Shown: positions 47,791-57,651, numbered from the stretch's first letter. The stretch: 64,000 nt of DNA from Desulfuromonadales bacterium (GCA_029289095.1 JARFUG010000004.1:13250-77249), one strand, 5' to 3'. A program made the numbers and translations. Notes: generated by a model from the sequence alone, not told the origin.

Positions 47791-48879
47791 TCAGCCCGAA
47801 AGGACGGTGGAATTCAACGCGGGGGCGACGCTCAGGGGATCCTGGACATAGTGAACAAGGTTTTTTCCACGCCTTTTGGCCATGTACAGGTGGTCGTCGA
47901 GTTTCTGCAGAAGGGGTTCAAGCTCCTGTCCGTCCTGTGGATAGGAGGCGACGCCGATGCTGACCGTCAGACCTCGATCGGCGATCTCCCTGAGAGCCTC
48001 GGGAGACTTCTCCTCGATTTCATGCCGACTGCGTTCGGCGGCGACCAGCGCTTCTTCGATCTCGGTTTCCGGCAGCAGGGCGACAAATTCTTCTCCGCCG
48101 CAACGAAAGAGGATATCGCACTCGCGCAGCGACTCACGCAGGATCTGTGCCGTCGCGGCCAGCGCCTTGTCCCCGGCGGGGTGTCCGTAGGAGTCGTTGA
48201 AGAGCTTGAAGTTGTCGATGTCGAATACGATCAGGGACATCGGTTTGCGATAACGGCTCATGCGGCTGAGTTCGTCTTTTACCAGGTGCCTGAACATGCG
48301 GTAATTGTACAGACCGGTGAGACCGTCGGTCGAAGCGAGCTGACGCGTGACCTCATGGGTCCGTGCATGGTCGATGCTCATGCTGGCGAAGGATGAAAGG
48401 ACGGTCATCTGGGCGAGTCCGGCTTCAGAAAAACGACGAGGGACGAAATCGTCGAGGTAGATGATTCCGAGGGGCTTTCGTTGCAGGATCAGCGGAATGA
48501 CGACGATAGCGCAGACCCCAGCCTCCCGGACCGGGCGGCTCGTGGGGGTCGGGGCGTGCCGGACGTCCTCGACGACCACGATCTCCCCACTCTCCAAAGC
48601 TCGAGAGGCCAGATCTCCTGGACGCAGCGGCCAGCATCCCTTCGACGCCAGGGGCGCACCTAGTCCGGCGTGCGCCTTGAGATGGAAAAAACCGCTCCGC
48701 TCGTCGAACAGTGCAACACTCCCGGCCGGCATGTCCAGTGCCGCCATGGAACAATAAAGGATATTCTTCGCCGCCTCTTCCATCTCGAGCGCGGAGACGA
48801 CCACCTGGGCGATGCTCAGAAGGCCCATGAGGCCCCGGGCCTCATCGTTCGCAGGGGGTATCCAGTCCGAATCGATCAT
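47791..48879 (-). CDS. GAF-domain diguanylate cyclase (GGEEF, with RxxD I-site)
   Basis: 362 aa. GAF N-domain, DGLTGLYNYR, RECDILFRCGGEEF. Confidence 0.9.
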   Translation of the reverse strand: MIDSDWIPPANDEARGLMGLLSIAQVVVSALEMEEAAKNILYCSMAALDMPAGSVALFDERSGFFHLKAHAGLGAPLASKGCWPLRPGDLASRALESGEIVVVEDVRHAPTPTSRPVREAGVCAIVVIPLILQRKPLGIIYLDDFVPRRFSEAGLAQMTVLSSFASMSIDHARTHEVTRQLASTDGLTGLYNYRMFRHLVKDELSRMSRYRKPMSLIVFDIDNFKLFNDSYGHPAGDKALAATAQILRESLRECDILFRCGGEEFVALLPETEIEEALVAAERSRHEIEEKSPEALREIADRGLTVSIGVASYPQDGQELEPLLQKLDDHLYMAKRRGKNLVHYVQDPLSVAPALNSTVLSG

Positions 48880-48974
48880 TCATGGCTCTATAATGAGTTT
48901 TCGTTTATTCGGGACATTTTTACCATTCTCCCCGCCTTTGTAAAGAACTTTTCTCGACCTTCTGCCAAGCTCTC

Positions 48975-49031
48975 TTGACAGACACGAGATCTTGTGGTTA
49001 ATAACAAGACTCGCCACACAATGTAGTGTCT
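48975..49031 (+). promoter_or_regulatory. Candidate sigma-70 promoter overlapped by two NrdR-box-like palindromes
   Basis: TTGACA(48975)-N17-TTAATA. ACACGAGATCTTGTGG (48982-48997) and CCACACAATGTAGTGT (49014-49029) each match about 12/16 of the NrdR box as I recall it (acaCwAtATaTwGtgt). Their starts are 32 bp apart. Confidence 0.5.
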
Positions 49032-49084
49032 CCGTCTTCCACCCGCCTTAGCCAATGAACTGTTCGAATCCAGAGGGAAAAGGA

Positions 49085-51304
49085 ATGAAAAAGTCTGCCA
49101 GCAACCTGCAATTGTCCAAGAATGCCGTCACTGTCCTCGAGCGCCGTTATCTGAAGCGCAACGACAAGGGAAAAGCTCTCGAGACTCCGAACGACATGTT
49201 CCGCCGGGTCGCCGAGACGATCGCATCGGCCGAACAATCTTTCGAAAACGGTCAGGATCCCGCTGAACTCGCGGGTCGGTTCTACGATGCCATGACTTCA
49301 CTCGAGTTTCTCCCCAACTCCCCCACCCTGATGAACGCCGGGCGCGAACTCGGCCAGCTCTCGGCCTGTTTCGTGCTGCCCGTCGGCGATTCGATGGATG
49401 AGATCTTCGAGTCGATCAAGCACACGGCCCTGATCCACAAGAGCGGCGGAGGGACCGGTTTCTCCTTTTCCCGCATCCGACCGGCCAACGACGTGGTGCG
49501 CTCGACCAGCGGCGTCTCCTCGGGTCCTCTGTCTTTCATGAAGGTCTTCGACGCCGCCACCGAAACGATCAAACAGGGGGGAACCCGTCGCGGCGCCAAC
49601 ATGGGGATCCTTCGGATCGACCATCCCGACATCATGGACTTCATCATGGCCAAGCGCGATCAGAGCGTATTGACCAATTTCAACATTTCGGTCGGCATCA
49701 CCGAAACTTTCATGGAGGCGGTGGAAAAAGACGCTGAATACGACATCGTCAACCCGCGCACCGGAGAACCGCTGAAAAAGATGTCCGCCCGCAAGGTCTT
49801 CGACCACATCGTCGACCTCGCCTGGACCAATGGGGAGCCGGGCATCATCTTCCTCGACCGCCTCAACCGCGACAACCCCACTCCACATGTGGGAGAGATC
49901 GAGGCGACAAACCCCTGCGGCGAGCAGCCGCTGCTTCCCTATGAATCGTGCAATCTCGGATCCATCAACCTGGCCCGAATGGTGACCGACGAAGGCAAAA
50001 TCGACTGGGATCGTCTGCGCGCAGTGGTGCGGCTCGCCGCACGCTTTCTCGACAACGTCATCGAGGTGAACAACTATCCGATCCCGCAGATCGACGAAAT
50101 GACCCGTGCCAACCGCAAGATCGGCCTCGGCGTCATGGGTTGGGCCGACATGCTCATCCTGCTGGGCTTGGCATACAACAGCGACGAGGCGGTGGCTCTC
50201 GGTGAGAAGATCATGCAGTTCATCACCGCCGAAGCTCGCCGCACCTCCGTCGAACTCGCCGAGGAACGAGGGGCTTTCCCCAACTTCAAAGGAAGCGTCT
50301 TCGATCAGCGCGGCCACGCTCCGCTTCGAAACGCCACCAGCACCACCATCGCCCCTACGGGGACGATCTCGATCATCGCCAACAGCAGCAGCGGGGTCGA
50401 GCCCCTGTTCGCCGTCTCGTACGTACGCCAGGTCCTCGACAATGACATTCTGGTCGAGGTTCATCCCCTCTTCGAGAAGATCGCCCGGGAACGGGGCTTC
50501 TACTCGCAGGACCTGATGAAGCGCATCGCCGAGCACGGCACGGTGCGCGATCTGGAGGAGATCCCCGAAGACGTCCGCCGGATTTTCGTCACATCTCACG
50601 ACATCACCCCGGAAGACCATATCCGGATGCAGGCCGCCTTCCAGAAATACACCGACAACGCCGTCTCCAAGACGGTCAACTTCTGCCACGACGCGAGCCG
50701 TGACGATGTCGCCACCGTCTATCGTCTCGCCTACCGCCTGGGGTGCAAAGGGGTCACGATCTACCGCGACGGCTCCCGCGACATGCAGGTTCTCTCGGTA
50801 GCCAAAAAAGAAGAAAAAACATCGGAAAAATCGGTGCCCGCCGAGTCGCTCAAGGCGGGACGCAAGCGCGACCGTCCCCGGGCGCTGCGGGGCGCCACCT
50901 ACCAGATGGAGACCGGCTGCGGCCCTCTCTACGTCACCATCAACGAAGACAACCAGGGGCTCTTCGAGCTCTTCACCACCATGGGCAAGGCCGGCGGATG
51001 CGCCGCCAGCCAGTGCGAAGCCATCGGGCGCCTCGTCTCTCTCGCCTGGCGCAGCGGCGTCCAGGCCCGCCAGGCGGTCAAGCAGCTCATCGGCATCACC
51101 TGCCACAAGCCGGCCGGCTTCGGCGAGAACAAGATCCTCTCGTGCGCCGACGCCGTCGCCAAGGCGATCCAGATGCACATGAGCGAAACCCTCGGCGAAG
51201 TCCACAATCAGAACGGCGGCGCCTGCCCCGAATGCGGCGGCCCCGTCGAACACGAAGGGGGATGCTGCGTCTGTCATGCGTGCGGGTACAGCGAGTGCGC
51301 ATGA
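49085..51304 (+). CDS. nrdJ: Class II (adenosylcobalamin-dependent) ribonucleotide reductase
   Basis: ATG at 49085 (MKKSASNLQLSKNAVTVLERRYL). NPCGEQPLLPYESCNLGSINL active-site block. C-terminal Cys-rich tail CPECGGPVEHEGGCCVCHACGYSEC. Confidence 0.95.
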   Translation: MKKSASNLQLSKNAVTVLERRYLKRNDKGKALETPNDMFRRVAETIASAEQSFENGQDPAELAGRFYDAMTSLEFLPNSPTLMNAGRELGQLSACFVLPVGDSMDEIFESIKHTALIHKSGGGTGFSFSRIRPANDVVRSTSGVSSGPLSFMKVFDAATETIKQGGTRRGANMGILRIDHPDIMDFIMAKRDQSVLTNFNISVGITETFMEAVEKDAEYDIVNPRTGEPLKKMSARKVFDHIVDLAWTNGEPGIIFLDRLNRDNPTPHVGEIEATNPCGEQPLLPYESCNLGSINLARMVTDEGKIDWDRLRAVVRLAARFLDNVIEVNNYPIPQIDEMTRANRKIGLGVMGWADMLILLGLAYNSDEAVALGEKIMQFITAEARRTSVELAEERGAFPNFKGSVFDQRGHAPLRNATSTTIAPTGTISIIANSSSGVEPLFAVSYVRQVLDNDILVEVHPLFEKIARERGFYSQDLMKRIAEHGTVRDLEEIPEDVRRIFVTSHDITPEDHIRMQAAFQKYTDNAVSKTVNFCHDASRDDVATVYRLAYRLGCKGVTIYRDGSRDMQVLSVAKKEEKTSEKSVPAESLKAGRKRDRPRALRGATYQMETGCGPLYVTINEDNQGLFELFTTMGKAGGCAASQCEAIGRLVSLAWRSGVQARQAVKQLIGITCHKPAGFGENKILSCADAVAKAIQMHMSETLGEVHNQNGGACPECGGPVEHEGGCCVCHACGYSECA

Positions 51305-51324
51305 CGGGATGAGATAACGAGAAA

Positions 51325-51352
51325 GGCCCCCTGGCGACAGGGGGCCTTTTTT
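51325..51352 (+). terminator. Rho-independent terminator of nrdJ
   Basis: GGCCCCCTGgcgaCAGGGGGCCtttttt. Confidence 0.8.
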
Positions 51353-51393
51353 CATCCTTTAGTTGTCCTGCCGGGCATCAGCGCGCAGTCGCT

Positions 51394-52737
51394 CTAGCGC
51401 AGGCACTGGAACAGCCCCATGCACCAAAGGCAACTGCCGCAGGGCTCCTCGTTGATGTGGCAGTCCTGCTCAAAGGCCTCTGTTTGCACGTAGTCGCAGG
51501 GGGCCAGGCTGCAACTGATGCAATAGGGATAGTCGTAGCGCAGGACGCTCCGGCGAAACTTTTGGAACGGCTCGGAATTCCAGATTTCCAGGATCCCCTG
51601 CTCCGCCAGGTTTCCGAAGACTTTCGGCTGAACCATCTGGGTCCAGCCGCTGGCGAAGCAGTTGTAGCGGTGCCAGAGGAAATAGCACGGATGGACGCCC
51701 CCCTCCCATGAGACGAAAGCCCCCCCTTCCTCCACGAATTCACACTGGCGCTCCCCTCTCAGAGTCACCTCCGGCAGACGCAGATCGATGCCGTGCTGCG
51801 CGGCGACTCCCTTCGCCTCGGCAAAGACCTCCTTCATTTCGTCCAGCCACCCGAAATCGAGCCTGAAAAGCTTCTTCAGGTCCAAACCGATGCCGCGCAA
51901 GGCCGCCTCGGCCTTCATCTGCTCGACGAAGCGCAGAACGTCCTGCTCCTGAGGCGTCTTGGAATATTTCCAGAGCACCTGGAAATACCGGGAGATGTCG
52001 ACACCGGCGGCCTCGGCCTTGCGGCGCCATTTCTGGAAAAGTTCGATGGAGTGGTCCGTGCAGTCGAGATAGGCCGCCTCCTGCGCATGTCCCTCCTCGT
52101 AGGGGAGCACATGGGTCACCAGGGCGAAGCTCGCTCCCCGGGAAGCCGCCCATCGCAGGGCCGCCGGGAGCTCGTGCAGGTTGCGCCGCATGAGAACGAA
52201 CTCCACTCCGATCTGGAAACCGCTTCTGCCCGTGTCGCGCCGAGCCTGATCGAGAGCGTCGAGGGCCCTTTCGACGGCGCTGATCTCTCCCCCTTCGCGA
52301 ACCTCCCGAAAAATGTCGGGCGACACCGCGTCGATGGAGAGACAGATCCGGTCCAGCCCCGCCTCCAGGAGGGAGCGGGCTCGTCGTTCGTTGAGAAGGA
52401 GGGCGTTCGATTGAAATCCGATCGACCCTTTTTCCGGCATCCGTTCCCTGGCATATCGGATGAAATCCTCGAGGTGCGCGTTGAGCAGCGGCTCACCGAC
52501 CCCGTTCAGGATGAGCGCCTCGAGATGAGGAAGGGCCGGGCTCAGCCTCTCGAAGAGTTCGAAAGGGATGTCCCCCTCGTCAATGCAGCACTCCCCGGAC
52601 TGTTTTACGCACATGAAACAGCCGAGGTTGCAGCGGGTGGTCGTCTCGACGAAAAGTTTTGAAGGATATTTCCGGAGGGCGGGATGATTGGACGGTTCCG
52701 AAAATTCCATGGGCGGCGCGCTCTGATTCGTTCTCAT
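51394..52737 (-). CDS. Radical SAM protein with C-terminal SPASM-type Cys-rich domain (orphan)
   Basis: 447 aa. FVETTTRCNLGCFMC cluster motif. C-terminus CEFVEEGG...HPCYFLW...YCISCSLAPC...CGSCLWCMGLFQC. Confidence 0.85.
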   Translation of the reverse strand: MRTNQSAPPMEFSEPSNHPALRKYPSKLFVETTTRCNLGCFMCVKQSGECCIDEGDIPFELFERLSPALPHLEALILNGVGEPLLNAHLEDFIRYARERMPEKGSIGFQSNALLLNERRARSLLEAGLDRICLSIDAVSPDIFREVREGGEISAVERALDALDQARRDTGRSGFQIGVEFVLMRRNLHELPAALRWAASRGASFALVTHVLPYEEGHAQEAAYLDCTDHSIELFQKWRRKAEAAGVDISRYFQVLWKYSKTPQEQDVLRFVEQMKAEAALRGIGLDLKKLFRLDFGWLDEMKEVFAEAKGVAAQHGIDLRLPEVTLRGERQCEFVEEGGAFVSWEGGVHPCYFLWHRYNCFASGWTQMVQPKVFGNLAEQGILEIWNSEPFQKFRRSVLRYDYPYCISCSLAPCDYVQTEAFEQDCHINEEPCGSCLWCMGLFQCLR

Positions 52738-52961
52738 ATCTCCTCCATTACTTCCCGGACAGGGGGGACAGGGGGGTTCTTGTGTAACAATGTTCTACTA
52801 ATAGAACCACTCGGCCCCCGTCAACCTTGATGCAGATCAAAAAAAGAGGTATACGGTTTCTGAGAGAAGAAATAATCGGACCATTGCCCTGGGTCGATTC
52901 TCACCCTAGACTTTGGCGTCACCGCCTATGAATGAAATTGAAATCGGAGTTTGCAAAAAGC

Positions 52962-53285
52962 ATGAACCTCTTCGATGACATTTGCCACAGCCTGACAGAG
53001 GAAGAGACTCTCCCCCTTCTCACCTCCGGCAACGTGCGCATCGAGCGCATCGTTTCCACCGGGCAGGCGTCGGCGCCCGGCTTCTGGTACGATCAGCAGG
53101 AGCACGAATGGGTCGTGGTGCTGCGGGGGCGCGGGATCATCGAATACGAAGACGGCGAGCAGGTATCCCTGTCGCCGGGCGATCATCTTCATATCCCCGC
53201 CGGGGTCCGGCACCGTGTACGCGAGACGAGCCGGGACGAGCCGACCGTCTGGCTGGCTGTTTTCTGGCGGGATCAGGCAGACTGA
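52962..53285 (+). CDS. Cupin-domain protein
   Basis: EHEWVVVLRGRGIIEYEDGE...GDHLHIPAGVRHRV cupin motifs. The start is either 52962 or 52932. Confidence 0.75.
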   Translation: MNLFDDICHSLTEEETLPLLTSGNVRIERIVSTGQASAPGFWYDQQEHEWVVVLRGRGIIEYEDGEQVSLSPGDHLHIPAGVRHRVRETSRDEPTVWLAVFWRDQAD

Positions 53286-53343
53286 ATGGAAAAGCCTTCC
53301 CGAAGAAACGGGAAGGCTTGGGAACTGCGCGGAAAACGCCGGA

Positions 53344-53772
53344 TCAGGCGACTTCCAGAAGCTCGATTTCGAAGGTCAGTTCTTTGCCGGCGAGGGGGTG
53401 GTTGGCATCGAGGGTGATGCTCTCGTCCGTGACCTCGATGACGGTCACGACCATCGACCGGCCGTCCTGCTGGTTGGCCTGCAACTGCATGCCGACGACC
53501 GGTTCCAGATCGGGCGGGAGCTCTCCTCGAGAAACCTCGGCCTTCATCTCGTCCCTGCGGGGACCGTATCCCTTTTCCGCGGGGATCTTCACGACCTTCT
53601 TCTCCCCGGGGGACATGCCGTTGACGGCCTCATCGAAACCGGCGATGAGTTGGCCCGAACCGAGGGTAAACTCCAGGGGAGCGCGTTCGACAGAGGAGTC
53701 GAAAACGCTTCCGTCCGCGAGGGTGCCGGTATAATGTACCTTTACGGTGTCGCCTTGTTTGGCCTGTGCCAT
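53344..53772 (-). CDS. FKBP-type peptidyl-prolyl cis-trans isomerase (SlyD-like, with insert-in-flap)
   Basis: ATG at 53772 ([27 protein letters not shown]). [13 protein letters not shown] block. Confidence 0.9.
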   Translation of the reverse strand: MAQAKQGDTVKVHYTGTLADGSVFDSSVERAPLEFTLGSGQLIAGFDEAVNGMSPGEKKVVKIPAEKGYGPRRDEMKAEVSRGELPPDLEPVVGMQLQANQQDGRSMVVTVIEVTDESITLDANHPLAGKELTFEIELLEVA

Positions 53773-54025
53773 CTTTTTCACCTTTCATCCGGAGTTTGAA
53801 AATGTGGGGAAACAGCAGGCTCAGGCTGCAGCCGCAAATCCATCCCCCCTGCGACCGGCGTACACTTCTTCGCCGGAGCGCGCTTCGGGTTTTTCACCCT
53901 AACATACCCCCTTGCGACCCGCAACCGCCCGACTCCGATTAATCCGGAACGTGACGAGTTGGGAGACACGGCGGAGAAACTCACCGATTCGTGGTAATGC
54001 AAACGATCAAGGAAAGGTTTCACCC

Positions 54026-54478
54026 ATGGACAATCCGCAGCACACCGTCGTCGTCGGCTGTCTGGTGCGCAACGATGCCGATGAGGTCTTGCTGATCCGA
54101 CATCACCGGCGCGGCTGGGAAATCCCACAAGGGCGCGTCGAGCAGGGCGAAGGTCTTTTCGAAGCGGCCCACCGTGAAGTGATGGAGGAAACGGGGGTGA
54201 CGATCGATCTCGGTCCCCTGGCTGCCGTCCACTCGAAAGTATCGGATCCGCCGGCGATCATCTTCACCTTTCTCGCCCGCCATCTCGGCGGTGAGCCGAG
54301 AGCCTGCGACGAGACCCTGGAGGTCGGCTGGTTTCCCGCACCGCAGGCTCTTGCCAAAATCGCAAACCCGGTCAACCTTGATCGCCTGCGAACGCTGCTC
54401 GATTATTCAGGGAAAGTCGTCTACCGCAGTTACACATCCAAGCCCTTCCGGATCACGTCCGAGGGGGTTCTCGGATGA
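54026..54478 (+). CDS. NUDIX hydrolase
   Basis: ATG at 54026. Nudix box QGRVEQGEGLFEAAHREVMEETGV. Confidence 0.85.
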   Translation: MDNPQHTVVVGCLVRNDADEVLLIRHHRRGWEIPQGRVEQGEGLFEAAHREVMEETGVTIDLGPLAAVHSKVSDPPAIIFTFLARHLGGEPRACDETLEVGWFPAPQALAKIANPVNLDRLRTLLDYSGKVVYRSYTSKPFRITSEGVLG

Positions 54479-54495
54479 ATCCTCATTGAGGAAAG

Positions 54496-55002
54496 ATGCG
54501 CGAAAACAGATCCGTCACCATCACCTACCCGCTCACCGAAGATCTCTGGCGGCGCTTCTACGAAGCGCATTACGCCGCTGATCCGGCGCTGAAGACGAGG
54601 TATTTCTGGGGAGCGCTCTGCATCGTCATCGGCGCCCTCGGATTCGGGGGACTCTACGAAAGCAGGATCGTCGCCGGCCTGCTCCTTCTGACCGGGTTCT
54701 ACGCTGTTCTCTCCCGCCAGATATTCCTCGTGAAATCCGTTGCCGCCGCAAGAAGGCACCCGTTTTTCGGCAAGGAGATCACCGTCACCTTGAGCGACGA
54801 GGGCGTCGCCGTGCGAAGCGGCGCCTCGGGGTACATGCAGGCCTGGCAGAACTTTGCAGGCTGGCGCAGGACGAAGCCCGGCTATATTCTCTACCTTGAC
54901 CGGAACGCCTTTTTTTTCATTCCAAAGTCGGCCTGCTCCCCGGAAGACGAAAAGCGCATCGATCTCTTTATGCATCGCCTGGAGGAAAGGGGTCGCACAT
55001 GA
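54496..55002 (+). CDS. YcxB-like membrane protein
   Basis: 168 aa. Two central TM helices and a C-terminal FFFIPKS-type segment. Family call is from memory. Confidence 0.6.
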   Translation: MRENRSVTITYPLTEDLWRRFYEAHYAADPALKTRYFWGALCIVIGALGFGGLYESRIVAGLLLLTGFYAVLSRQIFLVKSVAAARRHPFFGKEITVTLSDEGVAVRSGASGYMQAWQNFAGWRRTKPGYILYLDRNAFFFIPKSACSPEDEKRIDLFMHRLEERGRT

Positions 55003-55070
55003 AAAAGACGCAGGGAAAAACCGTTAAAGGGTCTTCCCTGCGTCTCGGTTGTCTGCTTTCACTCGGGGGG

Positions 55071-55829
55071 TCAGAAATCTCCGCCGACGAATTCCGCAAA
55101 CGGTACGGAACGGTACTGTGCCGGCACGCTGAAGGCGTCGCTCGGCATGCTTTTCGTCTCGACCTTGACGATCTCTTCGTCGATATTGGCTCCCCCTGCC
55201 TGGAGCGAGACGACCTTGAGCGGATAACCCTCTTTATAGAGAGCCTGATACTCCGGAGTGTTCTCCGGGTTCGCCGAAAGATTCATTCCCATCGCGTCTT
55301 CCATGCAGGCGCTCATCTCGGCGGTCAGCGCCAGCAGCTTTTGCAGACCGCCAAGCTCCCGCTCAAGCACCCTGTCGCTGGAGAGCCACAGCTCGGCATA
55401 GGGTGCGCCGTCGACGTCCACACGGTATTTCGTCGTTTCAAGCCCTGCGATTTTCCCTCCGCTCCCCTGTGACGCAATGGAAACGGCCGGTCTGGGGGAC
55501 GGCGCGCCCTGGCTTGCCCCCATGAACTGTCTCATCATCTCCCGCTCTTCGGGAGACATCCCCGCCATGACGGAATCCATCAGGTCTTTGCCGGTGCGGC
55601 AGAAATCGTTCACCGTTCCGCGGGCATAGATCCGGCGATTGTCGTCGATGAGGATGATCTCCCCCTTCTCGGGGAGAAAAACCTGCGACTGCCCGTCCTG
55701 GCTGACGAACTTCATCCGCCCGTCCGAAATATAGGTCCGATCCCCCGAGATATCGGTCAGAACGACCCCCGCCAGTGCGAGCGCAGGCAAAAAGGGAATC
55801 AGCAGAATGCTCCATACGATTTTCTTCAT
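55071..55829 (-). CDS. Secreted hypothetical protein (DUF4412-like)
   Basis: 252 aa. Signal peptide MKKIVWSILLIPFLPALALAG. No catalytic motifs. Confidence 0.6.
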   Translation of the reverse strand: MKKIVWSILLIPFLPALALAGVVLTDISGDRTYISDGRMKFVSQDGQSQVFLPEKGEIILIDDNRRIYARGTVNDFCRTGKDLMDSVMAGMSPEEREMMRQFMGASQGAPSPRPAVSIASQGSGGKIAGLETTKYRVDVDGAPYAELWLSSDRVLERELGGLQKLLALTAEMSACMEDAMGMNLSANPENTPEYQALYKEGYPLKVVSLQAGGANIDEEIVKVETKSMPSDAFSVPAQYRSVPFAEFVGGDF

Positions 55830-55909
55830 CTTTTCCTCCTCTGGATTGAATGCCCCGAGCCGTGTCGGAGAGTCGGTACGAAAGATTATAGGTGATGCTT
55901 CGATTATGT

Positions 55910-56081
55910 CACTCTAGTGTCCCGATTGGTTTATTCCCTTCATTAATTCTGGTCCTTTTGCCCGCTGGCTGCGTTGCGTCTCCTCGGCTTAGTGTTGGCT
56001 AGACCTGCGTGCCGCGCCTTGCCAGCGACCAAAATGCCTCAGAACTATCTAAACGGACTAACCCAAACGGAACACTAGTTG
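55910..56081. other. 172-nt imperfect long palindrome (MITE-like or rod-shaped sRNA)
   Basis: Left arm cactctagtgtcccgattggtttattccc...ttttgcccgctggc. The reverse complement of the right arm reads caactagtgttccgtttgggttagtcc...ttttggtcgctggc. Lies in a 320-bp non-coding gap. Confidence 0.5.
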
Positions 56082-56149
56082 AACTCCGCCTCGACCGATG
56101 ATAGTAATATAGCGTGCATTCTTCTTTCCGCCTGCCGAAGGGATCTCCG

Positions 56150-56959
56150 ATGAAAAAATCAGCGTTGTGGGGCGTCTTTCTTCTCGTCTTGGTCGGCTTC
56201 ATCGCCGTATTCTACCTGCGTCAGCAGGACAGAGCGCCTGAGACCGACATTGCAGACGTCGAGACGATTACGGTGGTCGAAGAGGCGCCGGCAATCCGTC
56301 ATCCCGTTCCCGATGCGCCTCCGGAAGAAAAGGAAAAGCCCCTGCCCCTCCTTGACGATAGCGATCCCGCCGTTCGCGCAGGGTATCCTGCCATTTTCGA
56401 ACATCGGGAGTTCGGGCAACTTTTCCTCGATCAGATCATCCGCCGCATCGTCGTCACGGTCGACAATCTCCCTCGAAGAACCGTTCCCCAGAAATTCGTC
56501 CCCCTTCAGCCTCCTCCCGATTCCTTTGTTCCCGAGGCCGAAGAGGATGTCACCTTCATGTCCCCTGAGAACTACAAACGCTACACCATCTACGCCCGCC
56601 TGGCCGAAGCCGTCGACCTGCAGAGGCTCGTTCCACTCTACGTTCGCCTGTACCCCCTGTTCCAGTCGGCGTATGTGGAACTCGGTTACCCGACGGCCTA
56701 TTTCAACGACCGGCTCATCGAAGTCATCGACCATCTTCTGGAAACGCCCCGCGTCGAAGAGCCCGTGGCGCTTGTACGACCCAAGGTCTTCTATCTCTTC
56801 GCCGATCCTCAACTCGAAGCGCTCTCGGCCGGCCAGAAGATCCTCATTCGCATGGGTCCGGAGAATGCGGCTGTGATTAAAGAGCGTCTGAGACAGTTCC
56901 GTCACCAGATCAGCGATCTGCCTGATACGCGGGAGATGACGCCGCAGCAGCAGACCTGA
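56150..56959 (+). CDS. DUF3014-like membrane-anchored protein
   Basis: ATG at 56150. N-terminal TM helix, then PLPLLDDSDPAVRA, which I recall as a DUF3014 hallmark. Confidence 0.6.
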   Translation: MKKSALWGVFLLVLVGFIAVFYLRQQDRAPETDIADVETITVVEEAPAIRHPVPDAPPEEKEKPLPLLDDSDPAVRAGYPAIFEHREFGQLFLDQIIRRIVVTVDNLPRRTVPQKFVPLQPPPDSFVPEAEEDVTFMSPENYKRYTIYARLAEAVDLQRLVPLYVRLYPLFQSAYVELGYPTAYFNDRLIEVIDHLLETPRVEEPVALVRPKVFYLFADPQLEALSAGQKILIRMGPENAAVIKERLRQFRHQISDLPDTREMTPQQQT

Positions 56960-56964
56960 ACGAA

Positions 56965-57651
56965 TCATTCAACCCACTTCCGACTCTCCCAGTCGAACCA
57001 TTCCCGGGGACGAAACCGGTCCTTGTAGGCCATGCGGGAGCATCCTGGCACATAATAGCCGAGGTAATAATAGGGAAGGCCGAGAAGGCGGGCGTGCTCG
57101 ATTTCCTTCAGCACGCTGAAGATGCCGGGGCTCATGCGGGAGAAACGCGTATCGTAGCAGAAGTAGACGGTGCTCAGGCAATCTTCCCCATGGTCGAGAA
57201 ATCCGGCGCCGATGAGTTCATCCCCGAAATAGATTTCCGTCTGCAGAGTAGGACATGAAGGCAGGTAGAAGTTGAGAAGGAAATCGTCGCGCGCGACATT
57301 CTGACTGAAACGTTCGAGAGAGTGCTCGCGGTAGATGTCGAAAATCCGTTCCTTCATTCGAAGCGCCCCGAACTCCACCCGGAGACGATCCCCCTTGTTC
57401 AGAACCCGCTGCTGGCTGCGCGACGGGGTGAAAAGCCGGGTCGGCACCCGCACCGGTATGCAAAGGCGGCAGTCGGGACAGGCGGGTCGGAAAAAGTAGA
57501 ACCCGAACTTGCGCCATCCCCCGGCCAGAAGAGCCCCGATCTCCCCCCCGCTGAGAAACCCGGCAAGAAAATATTCGTAGCGCTTGCGCCGCCCTGGAAG
57601 ATACGGACATTCGGTGATCTCTTCGATCTGGGAGGTCTGGATGATTTGCAT
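56965..57651 (-). CDS. bpt: Arginyl-tRNA/leucyl-tRNA protein transferase (Ate/Bpt family)
   Basis: 228 aa. CPYLPGR...GWRKFGFYFFRPACPDCRLC N-terminal Cys motif and LGYYV C-domain. Confidence 0.9.
   Translation of the reverse strand: MQIIQTSQIEEITECPYLPGRRKRYEYFLAGFLSGGEIGALLAGGWRKFGFYFFRPACPDCRLCIPVRVPTRLFTPSRSQQRVLNKGDRLRVEFGALRMKERIFDIYREHSLERFSQNVARDDFLLNFYLPSCPTLQTEIYFGDELIGAGFLDHGEDCLSTVYFCYDTRFSRMSPGIFSVLKEIEHARLLGLPYYYLGYYVPGCSRMAYKDRFRPREWFDWESRKWVE

Noticed and set aside
48880-49084. Cobalamin riboswitch upstream of the B12-dependent nrdJ
   Set aside because: The region is only about 200 nt. It is occupied by promoter and NrdR-like boxes, and I could not find a B12-box-like core.
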